A stretch of 57,390 nucleotides of DNA, filler included, from Stramenopiles sp. TOSAG23-2 (lineage: Eukaryota), in assembly GCA_900128395.1 (NCBI GenBank). It is 4 parts of 4 records of this genome, joined end to end, with 100 filler letters (N's around TTAATTAATTAA, not from the genome) between each part and the next. Parts side by side here need not be neighbours in the genome. Positions count along the whole stretch, not along the records: positions 1 to 14,309 come from LT649764.1; 3 more parts are not named here. One strand, written 5' to 3'. How positions within the stretch are numbered: position 1 is the stretch's first letter; every line of letters begins with the position of its first letter. The translations under genes and the position numbers were made by a program. Shown here piece after piece: positions 1-10,653 of this stretch. The notes under the pieces were generated by a model. That model saw only the letters and a list, made by a program, of their open reading frames with translations, was not told the origin of the DNA and searched no databases.

Positions 1-199
1 GTTCACCGCTTTTAATACAACAAGATTCTAGAAAATCAACACCACATAGTAGAAGATCTTTTTTATTATTATTATTTATATTCAAAATTTATTTTTAATG
101 TTATATATCATAAATATCAGGAATATAGATATATAGTAGATTAAGACATCATTTTAAAGTGTATCATTCAGAATATATCATATAAACAATACAACAAAG

Positions 200-3100
200 A
201 TGGATGGTGGTGCAGAAAAGAAAACAGAAGAAGAAGGAAAAGAAGATGATATTAAACTATGCAAAGAAAATGTTAAAGAATTCCTAAATATTTTTGCTAC
301 TAAAAAAGCAAATTTCTCCCATATTCTTGAAAAAAAATCGCTTGCTGCAAACTCTTTATTAAAAGGTACATGTAACCGTGCCTTTAAAAGAATGGCAGAT
401 CAAAAAATTGTAGTAGATGGTGCTAAAAATGTGGTCGAAATTAGTGATAAAAATAGCCTTTTTAAATATGAAGCACCAATCCAAGTTGGTAGTAGAAAGT
501 TTATAATGAGGTTTCGAAATAATGAAAAATCACATAAACTCGAATGTTTATGGCTCGGTAAGCCTGGTGAAAAAATCCCAGAAGATGGTGAAGAAAAATC
601 TTCCTTGATGATGCTGTTCAAACAAGGTTATCGCTCAGAAAACAGTGATATTGAGTTTCAATTGCCTGTACGTCGAAATAAAGCCTACGCAAAATCATCT
701 AAAGCTGGACGATTGACCTTTGGAGACGAACATTTATTAACCATTAATATGGGAAAGCCTTTACCTGAAATTCCAAGAGATAAATTTGATGTTCAACTTC
801 GTCATCGTTATCATCGTGACAAAGCATGGGTAGTTCTATTTTTTATATATTGGATAGTTGAAATTGGTATGGCAATTCATGCTTTCGCTAATGGTAGACC
901 TGCACGAGTTTTGTACGGTATCGATAGTCTAGGAAATCTTTGCGGTGAAAAAAGTGATATTATTGATCTTTCCACAAAAACGCACTTGTTTTATGCAGCT
1001 CCAGAGGAAACTAATGGATTGAAACTTTGTGTTGCCAATTGTCCTAGTACAAACGATACGGTTATTGAAAATTATATATTTAACCTTTTGAATCCTGGAA
1101 ATTCGACAAGTGGTGGTGCTACCATTCGATCAAATATGCCCACGGTTGTATTAGCGAATAGGTGTTTACCAACTGGAAGTGGATCGACGACAGTTTTATC
1201 CGTATCAGCAACTTTATTTGCTGATGCTGTCAATGGTTGGAAGAGTACTTTTGTTACTTGTATTGCAGCATTTTTATTAGGTTTTATATGGATGAAATTA
1301 ATGCTTAGTAAGCCAACTTTTGTTTTAAACTTTGCTTTTACTATTGCCATACTAGGACTTCTTTTATTCACAGGGGTTTTCCTTGTATCATATGCAATAG
1401 TTACACCTCCGGCAGGTATGGATAATTCAACATCATATTTAGTCGATCCTGGTGTTCAAACATTAGTTTTAGTTTTTTCATTGATTTCTTTTTGTTTTTT
1501 ACTATATATAATATATAAATCATGCCGTTTAAGAAAAGATTTTGGGAATGCATCTAAAGTTTTTGATTTGACATCAGAAGCATTACGTGATTGCAATATT
1601 GCAATTATACATGCTAATTGCTGTATTCCTACAAAACAAAATTTGACAGAAAAAACTGGGGATGGAGAAGGGAAAATAGCCGATGCATCCGATGTTGAAA
1701 TTGAAAATGCAGAAGAAGCAAAAGATACCAAAGAAGAAGGCGTAGCACCAAAGCCAAAAGCAATTAACATTCGTCCAATATTGACATTTCCAATTTATAA
1801 CTTTATTATATTAGTCTCGTTTATTGTATTATGGATGTTGGTGTTTTTACATTTAATATCTCTTGGGAATATTGAGCAAGTATGTGAATGCATAAAATCA
1901 CTGGACAATTGTATGTGCTCACGATATTTTGAATTTGATACAGGAGCAAGATGGTTTGCCATAGTCCATCTTTATGGGCTTTTTTGGGGCGTAAGCTTGA
2001 TTGTCAATGTTACCAGAGTAACAATATCAATGACAGTATCAACGTGGTATTTCTCTGAAGCAAAAGATTTGGAGGTACGAACTTTGCCACCTGAAATTGT
2101 CCGATCCTCCTATCGAAGAACATTATGGCATCATTCTGGAAGCTTATTAAAAGCTAGTTTTTATACTCCTGTTGTTGTTATTTTACGGCCATTATCATTT
2201 TTTCTCTTACAAATAAGAGATATGTTCTCTTGTGTAGGTCGAATAACATTTTGTTGCCGCGGGTGTATTCGAGTCATCTTGCTTAGTTGTTGTGGATTCC
2301 AACAACTAGCATATCTTGATATCCGTGCCGCAATGCAACAAATTGCACTGCATGGGTCATCATTTATTCGTGGTGCAACAGTCGGGACAAAATTGAAAAT
2401 GCGAAATGAAGATCGAGTCAAAGGATTGGAAAATGCTCTGAGCTTCAAACTTTTATTTGGAAAATTATCGATTTTTTGTTTTAGCTTTTTCATTGGTTGG
2501 TTATACTTTCGTGCAATTGATCAAACAGCGGTTGGATCTATTGGTGCTCCAATCATAGTTCTAGTATTGAATAGCATCGTTGCATTTGCAACGATGTCTT
2601 TATTTGTTGAGCAATATGACATGAGCATAGAAACTATTTTGCAAGACTTTTTCGAAGATTGTGAGCGTAACATGCGTTCAACAGAAGTATTTATGCCTCC
2701 AGAATTTAGAAAATTTATTGATGATTATGGTTATTACACTAGCGGAACATTTCCAAGTGATCCGACAGCTATGTATAGAAAATTATTCAATGCGAATAAA
2801 TTAGGAGTGATGCATGTGGCAACAAAAGAAGTTTTGTGTCAGTATGTCACAACATATGATGCTCAGCTAAATGATAAAACGAAGTATCCAGAGGAAAAAG
2901 AAGGGTATTATATCAAAGGTAACATTCCATTGAAACATGAATCCCAGCCAAGAAATTCGCTTGATATATATCATTTTAAATACGGTCGATTGGTAGCTGA
3001 TAATATTAATGCCCTATTCCGCATTCCTTTTACCGCAAAATCGCTTGTAGGGGAAGATGAGTCATGGACAAAAGGATTGAAAAAGATTCAATGGGATCAA

Positions 3101-4291
3101 ATTAAGCTTCCAATTCGTGGTGGCGGGTATCATAAATTACGCAAACTTGACCCATCAATGGTGGCAAAAAGAGCGCCTAATGATCCTCATTTAAATTTGA
3201 TAAAATCTGGAGAAATTATATGTTACCACAGTGACATTGAAAGAGGATTGGCTGAACAGGATTCAGAACAGCAATGTTTGGATAATGGATCAACATCTAT
3301 TCGAATTTTAGTCAATATGCGTACATTGAGAGTTGCCCGTCGTTTAATTGATGCTGAAGAAGATTCAAGTGTAGCAATTGCAACACCAGCACCTTTATCT
3401 GGAGAGGAAAAAGCAAAATATTTGGAGGACAATGGTTTTGATAATGCTGCATTTAAAAAATGGTGTGAAGAAAACGAACTTTGCATGAAGAAAGTTCCAA
3501 AATATGAGAAATTAAAACATCCGGAATTGTCATTTGCTAAAGATGCTTTCATTTTTTTACATCAGACGTATTATTTCTATGATTCAGCAAGGTCATGGGT
3601 GCCAGTCAAACCAGTGGATGTAATCAAAGGGGATATTGGTTCCTCTGGAACAATCAATAATTTATATGTTGCTATTCTTCGTTATAATGGAATTGTTGCT
3701 AGATGTTTATCTGGGGCATGGTTATGGTCGAATGATGGAACCTATACAGCGGAGGGTGTCCAGCGAGGTGCAACTGAAGGAGAAATGCTTGCCTTGGATA
3801 TGCAAAGGCGTACAATGTCAGAATTCTACTTACCGAAAGTAGGATGGATTCCAACAGATGCAACACCAACTAGGCTGAGTTACAATTTTGATCCAACTGT
3901 ACGACGAGCACGAGCAAGGATGGGAAAATACGGATGGAACAAAAATCTATCGATGACATGCCTTGCCAATTTTGGTAACGATTCTGGTTTGCTTTTGTTA
4001 AATAGTGCTGGTTTTGAAATGGGAAGGCCAAAAGTTCAAATTGGACCTGTAGGAAATGATATGGGTAAATATTCTGAAAGCTATCATACTGAGAATAGTA
4101 ACCGGCCAGATTTTAAAGATGGCAAAGGAATTTCTCTTAATAATCGAGAATTCATGTGTACTGATTTGGCTGTATCTAGTTATCAACCAGAAAAAGGAAT
4201 GAAAGATGACCTTTTCAATGCAATTGAAACACTTACACCTGTAGATCCAAATCCTGAGTATGGCAAAGTGAAATTAGCTGATCAAGGGTAG
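200..4291 (+). CDS. Choline transporter-like (CTL/SLC44) protein with C-terminal transglutaminase-like domain
   Basis: 1363-aa ORF. CTL motifs RDKAWVVLF...ANGRPARVLYGIDSLGNLCG and ETILQDFFEDCERN, with about ten hydrophobic segments. C-terminal LYVAILRYNGIVARCLSG...SEFYLPKVGWIPTDATP matches the transglutaminase-like core. Confidence 0.88.
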   Translation: MDGGAEKKTEEEGKEDDIKLCKENVKEFLNIFATKKANFSHILEKKSLAANSLLKGTCNRAFKRMADQKIVVDGAKNVVEISDKNSLFKYEAPIQVGSRKFIMRFRNNEKSHKLECLWLGKPGEKIPEDGEEKSSLMMLFKQGYRSENSDIEFQLPVRRNKAYAKSSKAGRLTFGDEHLLTINMGKPLPEIPRDKFDVQLRHRYHRDKAWVVLFFIYWIVEIGMAIHAFANGRPARVLYGIDSLGNLCGEKSDIIDLSTKTHLFYAAPEETNGLKLCVANCPSTNDTVIENYIFNLLNPGNSTSGGATIRSNMPTVVLANRCLPTGSGSTTVLSVSATLFADAVNGWKSTFVTCIAAFLLGFIWMKLMLSKPTFVLNFAFTIAILGLLLFTGVFLVSYAIVTPPAGMDNSTSYLVDPGVQTLVLVFSLISFCFLLYIIYKSCRLRKDFGNASKVFDLTSEALRDCNIAIIHANCCIPTKQNLTEKTGDGEGKIADASDVEIENAEEAKDTKEEGVAPKPKAINIRPILTFPIYNFIILVSFIVLWMLVFLHLISLGNIEQVCECIKSLDNCMCSRYFEFDTGARWFAIVHLYGLFWGVSLIVNVTRVTISMTVSTWYFSEAKDLEVRTLPPEIVRSSYRRTLWHHSGSLLKASFYTPVVVILRPLSFFLLQIRDMFSCVGRITFCCRGCIRVILLSCCGFQQLAYLDIRAAMQQIALHGSSFIRGATVGTKLKMRNEDRVKGLENALSFKLLFGKLSIFCFSFFIGWLYFRAIDQTAVGSIGAPIIVLVLNSIVAFATMSLFVEQYDMSIETILQDFFEDCERNMRSTEVFMPPEFRKFIDDYGYYTSGTFPSDPTAMYRKLFNANKLGVMHVATKEVLCQYVTTYDAQLNDKTKYPEEKEGYYIKGNIPLKHESQPRNSLDIYHFKYGRLVADNINALFRIPFTAKSLVGEDESWTKGLKKIQWDQIKLPIRGGGYHKLRKLDPSMVAKRAPNDPHLNLIKSGEIICYHSDIERGLAEQDSEQQCLDNGSTSIRILVNMRTLRVARRLIDAEEDSSVAIATPAPLSGEEKAKYLEDNGFDNAAFKKWCEENELCMKKVPKYEKLKHPELSFAKDAFIFLHQTYYFYDSARSWVPVKPVDVIKGDIGSSGTINNLYVAILRYNGIVARCLSGAWLWSNDGTYTAEGVQRGATEGEMLALDMQRRTMSEFYLPKVGWIPTDATPTRLSYNFDPTVRRARARMGKYGWNKNLSMTCLANFGNDSGLLLLNSAGFEMGRPKVQIGPVGNDMGKYSESYHTENSNRPDFKDGKGISLNNREFMCTDLAVSSYQPEKGMKDDLFNAIETLTPVDPNPEYGKVKLADQG

Positions 4292-4681
4292 TAAAATAGA
4301 TGTATATAATTTTTTAATTTATGCCTCTATTAATGGTGTGTATACGCTAGCAAATTGTAGTGAGTGCTGTGTCATGCTATCTCGTGCCCATTATTTGGCC
4401 ATTTATGAAACCCTATCTATACTATATAGGAATACCAGGAATACCAGAATACACCGTAGTATATTCACCACCAGAAGAGCCACACATACATGTATACATC
4501 AACTCTTTTTTTCTATTATATATCTTTATATTGGTTAAAAAATATAATATCAAAAAGACATAGCTACGTGTTAGTGTATATATATTATTTACGAAATAGT
4601 ATAATATATCAACAATAAACTTTAACAAACAAACGAAGGCGGAAAAACAATAACAATAGAAAAATTAAAACAACAACAACA

Positions 4682-6094
4682 ATGTGCGATTTAATATGTT
4701 TTCTTATTAATTTAGGAATGAATCGAAATGCCCATATGAATGGGGAAGCATATGGTTACAAATATCCTATCAATGTTGGTGAGCTAGGAGAAGGACAATT
4801 AGGTGATAAAGCATGGTTTCAAAAGGCATTGCGAAGCCATAAAACCATTGATGGCAACACAACTGTTACGAAAATAACATGCACAAACTTCCAAAACAAT
4901 GGTCTATTATCAGATATTGGACGTGTAAAACTTGAATATGAAGGTGGTTCTGGTCCTGCAGAAGTTATATTGAAATTTGCCCCTATCGCATTTGAAACGA
5001 GAATTACTACTGATTTATTTAAATTATCACAAACGGAATATCACGTTTACAAAACAGGACCAGAAAAGTTAGGGTTTACACGAACTCCAAAGCTGTATTA
5101 TGCTGATTTTAATTACAAATCAAACAATTATTGTTTAATGTTGGAAAGCATTGGCTTGAACGATGATGCAAAATTCAACAATATACTTGAACCAAATAAA
5201 GATTCTCCAACTGGTGTTGATAAAAAATCTATGTCGTATGACCAAGCAGTTTTGTGTCTTAAACAACTTGCAAAATTCCATGCCGACTTTCCTGATGAGA
5301 AAATCAAAGCGGACAGAGATTTGAATTTCTTCCCTCGTAGTTCTGATAAATTATACAAAGTATTCGAAAGCGAGGCAAAAAAACATTGGAAAACATCTGG
5401 AGTTTCAGCATATGCACCAGGTGGAATTCAGCATTCGGGATGGACATATAAAATACCGGCTTCATTCACAGAGTTGGCGAATGATGTTTTGGGCAACTTT
5501 ACAAATATTTTATGGTATGGAGCAGAAGGATGTGAATATTCTGGTTTAACCCATGGCGATCCGCGCATTGATAATTGGTTCTTTTATGAAAACGATACAC
5601 AAGTTGGAGTTTTGGATTTTCAATTGATGGTCATTTCGAACCAACCTGCTGACATTGCATGGATTTTATCCTGTAGTTGTGATATGGAAATGCTAGCAAA
5701 CAACGAAAAAAAATTGTTGGAGGAATATCTTAATGCATATGAAACCTGTTCTGGTAAATCAGTAGATCGTGAAATGTGGATGGAAGAATATGCTTTAGGT
5801 TATATCGGTTGTATTGGCAAAAGTATTATTGGTGCTGGTGGAATTGATGCATCTGGTGACAATGCCGATATCGTTGTAGGCACGATGAATTGGTTACTGG
5901 AAATGGCATTTGATGGATGGCGACGTAATAACGTTGCAGATGTTTGGAGCAAATATCGTGCAGGTAAATTAAAATCACAATTGAAAAATCCAGTAAAAGT
6001 ACCAGGCTTTAAACCAACTGATATGTATTTGGGCAAATTTGCAGATATATCGTTTAAAGATGATGGGAAAGAGATTGAATTGACCCAGAAATAA
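4682..6094 (+). CDS. Ecdysteroid-kinase-like / choline-kinase-like (APH-fold) phosphotransferase
   Basis: VILKF, catalytic loop THGDPRIDNWFF, metal-binding VLDFQ followed by PADIAWIL, typical of the EcKL/APH family. Confidence 0.85.
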   Translation: MCDLICFLINLGMNRNAHMNGEAYGYKYPINVGELGEGQLGDKAWFQKALRSHKTIDGNTTVTKITCTNFQNNGLLSDIGRVKLEYEGGSGPAEVILKFAPIAFETRITTDLFKLSQTEYHVYKTGPEKLGFTRTPKLYYADFNYKSNNYCLMLESIGLNDDAKFNNILEPNKDSPTGVDKKSMSYDQAVLCLKQLAKFHADFPDEKIKADRDLNFFPRSSDKLYKVFESEAKKHWKTSGVSAYAPGGIQHSGWTYKIPASFTELANDVLGNFTNILWYGAEGCEYSGLTHGDPRIDNWFFYENDTQVGVLDFQLMVISNQPADIAWILSCSCDMEMLANNEKKLLEEYLNAYETCSGKSVDREMWMEEYALGYIGCIGKSIIGAGGIDASGDNADIVVGTMNWLLEMAFDGWRRNNVADVWSKYRAGKLKSQLKNPVKVPGFKPTDMYLGKFADISFKDDGKEIELTQK

Positions 6095-6408
6095 AAAAGA
6101 CGCACATCATCATCCCCACATCATGATGTATGCACAATTCGTACGTAGGTATATGTAGGTGAAGATATGGGTGCGTGGTATTTTTAAAAGCAAACTTTTT
6201 AAATCTTGGCTTGAAAATTGTACGAGCCGTACTCCTGGCAAGCACAGAGTCTTTTCTCAGCTGAGATTTCCAGCTTGCCTTAGGGCTTGCTGGAAAGAAT
6301 ATACGCGAGCCGTATTATATAAAAGATTTACTGTTTTTAAAATATTTTTTTATAATCTAGAGAATAATATTTTTATATGCCACATATATTAAAATATTGT
6401 GTGTTTTG

Positions 6409-6467
6409 TTAATTATACTTCTTCTTCTTTTTGGTTGCGTTTCCTTTTTTTTTTTTGCCACTACTCG

Positions 6468-6499
<32 letters not shown>

Positions 6500-9390
6500 T
6501 TGCCGTAACTAGCATCTAAAATATATTGTGCAATCTCAACATCGCTTTTTCCATATGAATCATTAACACTAAACTTGTTTTTAAATTGTGCTTTCATTGC
6601 TTTCACAAAATAAGCTGGCGCTCCACTACCTGATGTATCTGCCCGGCCTTTAAATGCATATGGCCATAAAAGCATAAGAGGTCCTTTGAATTTTTTTTTG
6701 AAAAATTTTTCTTTCGCCGGTTTTGCATTTTTATCAAATGGAACTACCCAATTCCATACATTCATCATGCAATTTAAATCCCAGCTTGGATCTTTTTTCC
6801 TTGCCTTTTTCCACCCCTTTGCATCTAGATCAATAATTTTATTTTGTGCAATTGATACAGTAACTCTATTTCGATATTTTAGTTGAAAATCTATAGCATT
6901 TATTCCACCCAAGTCACTACCTGCAATTGTTGCTTTTGCAATTCCAAGATAATCCATTAATGCAAGTAATTGAGTATGGACAGCAGATGAGTGATAATCT
7001 CCATTGCTTTTTTCACTTTCATAATAAAACGTTGGAGCTAAAATTCGTAATGGTTTTGCGTCTCCCAATGATGTAGTAGTTGCTATCTCTTTCAAAGCAT
7101 CTATGTATGGTTTATATGATTTAATAGGATCTTTTTTAAAATCATTAATGAAAATAATTGTTGTAGCTGACGGATCATTAGTCCAAAATCCATATACATC
7201 CAATTCATCTTTATCCCCATTTTTAATTGGTACAATACCGTTCCCACCATTGTCTAAGGTCAAATCATTTGCTTTAGCTTTTATTTTATCATCTGCTTTT
7301 GTTGCTTGATCTTGTTTTGCTTTTGCATCGACTTTATTTTTCACATGCGATGCTTGTACAGAAAAACGTAGTGTTTGTGTACTTTCAGAAATAGAATCAG
7401 CAGCTGCAGTTATACAACTAATTAATGCTGTCATCGACTTGCCACCAAGCCCGGGCATTAATAAATGTGTTAATGGATTGTCATAATAACTAACATGTTT
7501 CCCACGTTTACCATTATTTTCTACAAGGTTTAATACGACTCTTCCAAGGGCAGAAAGGGCAACATTTATCGCAGTCGCTTCATTAAAACGTCTCCCCGTC
7601 GCCCCAGAACGTTTATTTCGTTCACTACCTGCAAGATCTATCATATACAACGTAGTATTATTGCTTAAAATTACAATCAAAATAGCATGAGAGCGAGATG
7701 AAGCGTCATTCATATTTGTAGCACCAGAGGCACGATAACTAGCCCCATTTGCAACATCATTCAATAATTCACTAATATTATTAGTTTTATTTATTGTTGC
7801 ACCACGCACACGAGTCGTTAATACTTCCCCATTGTTATCTTTTACTTCTTCCACTTTCATGTCTATATTTGATGATGGTTTTAATAAATCTAAAAAATTG
7901 CCATTATAAAGTTGCACATATTGGTAAGATACATTTAAAGATTCATCGCTGCTGTTTAAAAGATCAAACATTAAAGATAACGATTGTGAAATTAAACCAT
8001 CTTTCGCTTCACTCGAAATACCGTTTGGTCCTTCCATGGTATATGTTTTTCCAGTACCAGTTTGTCCATATGCAAACATTGTTACGTTTTTTTTGTCATT
8101 TACCAAGGCATGTATTAATGGTGAAGCAACGCTTAGAAATACTTCATCTTGCGTTGCTTTTTCCACAAATACACGATTAAAAACATAATTACCTCTTACA
8201 ATATTTAACATGGATGGATCTTTAACATAAATACGTTGTGGTGGGGGCGTTCTTGGGAAATCTTTTACATCTTCAACTTTTATACATGATTCTGAATTTA
8301 TTTCTCGCTTTAACATTGGACGAACACGAATGAACACTTTAAAATTTTCATTTACTTTTTTACTACCTGCTTCTAATGCCGATTTTGTTGGAACTGAACT
8401 TATTGATGCATTTTTTTCTATCGGTTCTTTCCTTTTTGAATTTAAATATGATACCATGTCATTTAAAAATTCTTCTGATGGTTCCAACATGTAAAAACCT
8501 TTCTCTTTTGAAACATTTGCCAATGGTATTTCGAGGCCCATTAAATAATTCTCTGCTTTTGGGCCTCGAACTGTGCTAAAACTTCCTTCATAGCGTGTTG
8601 GCAATATCATGATTCTTTCCATCATTCCTTCCTCTTTACATATCCCGGAAAAAAAATGACCTAAATTTCCAGCTGATAACGTGTAATCATCTTTACTCCA
8701 TCCTTCACTTATTATACAAAATAAATCACACCCTTCGCTTAACATAATTTTACCTAACATGGAGTGTTCAGTAACAATAGGGTTATGAAGTACATGATGG
8801 CCACTAAACAGTTTTGGAAACCTACAATACAAACGAAAAAACGTACCAACTCCTCCACCATCAGCAATTACAGTGACATTTTCAGAAGCACCAAATGCTT
8901 TTAATATTCCTAATACAATCTCTTCGTCTATGCCAGATTTTGATGGAATAGTATCATTAGATGAGCGACCATAACCAGGAAAATCCAATCCAATTATATT
9001 GTACCCATTGTCCAATAATGTTTTACAATAATTTGAAAAAAATGCTGCACATCTGTTTTTTCCTGTCCAACTATGTAATAAAAGAGCCACTTTGTTGGAA
9101 GAAGTATTTGGCGATAGTAATGTTATAATATGTACAGTCCACGATGATGAATTTTTATCACTACATTTACAAAACCAAGACATAGCTTTTTCATTTATAA
9201 TTTTTGGAATTTTTGTATGATTTATTAAATTTGTAATTTTCTTTCCTCCATCATTGGAATTGATAAATTGTAAATCTATTTTTTCTGTCTTAATATTTAA
9301 TTGTATTGGTGCAAATGTTGGTGCTAATGTATTATTATTAGTCGTTGTGTTTTCCGTACCTTCGTTGTTAATCGAAGCAGCAGCACCCAT
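6409..9390 (-). CDS. Kinesin motor protein flanked by two alpha/beta-hydrolase-fold domains
   Basis: Kinesin motifs VFIRVRP, P-loop GQTGTGKT, switch I NDASSRSH and switch II DLAGSE (~7335-8350). N-terminal LLLHSW...GLDFPGYGRS. C-terminal LMDYLGIAKATIAGSDLGG. Starts MGAAAS. Confidence 0.9.
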
Positions 9391-9642
9391 TTTTCAAGTT
9401 TCGTAGTAGATGTTTGTTATATTATGTGCAGAAAAAAAAAAATAGAATTGTGTATATACATATACGTACGTCACAAAACAAATATTATATATTAGATGTA
9501 TATCAAATAAAATTCGTCAGTGGCACTCCCCCCATCATTATTACCAAAAAAATTAAAATATATATTATATTATTATCACAAGATATTATATACACAAGTA
9601 TGTATACATGCATCCCATACATATAATATACAAACCATTATC

Positions 9643-10653
9643 ATGCCGAAATCTACAGGATCATCATCAGCTGCATCTAGCAGTGGCACGATTAAATTAG
9701 GTGATTATTTAAAAAAATATACAATATATACAAGTCGAAAGAAAATAAAAAAATTATTACGTGCAAAACGTGTATTTATAAATGGTCAAATAACCACCAA
9801 TATTTCAAGAAAAATATCACTACATGATTTTAAAATAACTATATTAGATGATTCTATTAGTGAAGAAAATATAGACGATCAAACGCTTAATGAAATCAAA
9901 TTACCAACTATATTAGTATTAAATAAACCATGCAATGTTTTGACTACATTAAGTGATGAATTGAAATCTCGGGTATGTGTAAATAATTTTTTTCCTGAGA
10001 AAATATTAAAAATGGGCTTACATCCAATTGGGAGGTTGGATCAACATTCAACTGGACTATTATTGTTTACTACCGATGGTAAACTTACACAATATTTATT
10101 AAACCCTAAGAATCATGTTCCACGCGAATACTGTTGTATTGTTCAAGGTATTGTGAATTTTGAAAGCTTAAAATTAAAATTAAAGAATGGCGTTGAAACA
10201 AGATGGGGAACATTTCATGGAAAATTATTAGAATCAAAGCATATCAAAAATTTAAAAAATGATGAAGAAATAAATCTACATGAAAATTTTCAACAACATT
10301 TAGTACATTGTTGTTGCAAACAACAAAAAAACGAATTATTGTTTACACGTCAAGATGGACCAAATCCATTTCCATCTTCACCAATTATAGATAAATCTAC
10401 TTTATCAATGATTAAAATTTCTGTTTCAGAAGGCAAAAAGCGGATGATACGTCGAATGCTAGCATATTCTGGATTCCCTGTGTTAAATTTGTTTCGTTAT
10501 AAATTTGGTGAAATTGAACTTGGTAATTTAAATGACGACAATCTAAATGATGATCAACATGAAGAAAAAGAAGAATTCATGGAACCTGGTAAATATAGAA
10601 ATTTAACAATAGATGAAGGAGAATGGATTAAATCATTGTATCGGCGTATGTGA
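9643..10653 (+). CDS. RsuA/RluB-family pseudouridine synthase with S4 domain
   Basis: S4-like SRKKIKKLLRAKRVFING, LNKP, catalytic HPIGRLDQHSTGLLLFTTDG, and EGKKRMIRRM. First ATG is at 9643; the track start at 9520 is GTG. Confidence 0.9.
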   Translation: MPKSTGSSSAASSSGTIKLGDYLKKYTIYTSRKKIKKLLRAKRVFINGQITTNISRKISLHDFKITILDDSISEENIDDQTLNEIKLPTILVLNKPCNVLTTLSDELKSRVCVNNFFPEKILKMGLHPIGRLDQHSTGLLLFTTDGKLTQYLLNPKNHVPREYCCIVQGIVNFESLKLKLKNGVETRWGTFHGKLLESKHIKNLKNDEEINLHENFQQHLVHCCCKQQKNELLFTRQDGPNPFPSSPIIDKSTLSMIKISVSEGKKRMIRRMLAYSGFPVLNLFRYKFGEIELGNLNDDNLNDDQHEEKEEFMEPGKYRNLTIDEGEWIKSLYRRM

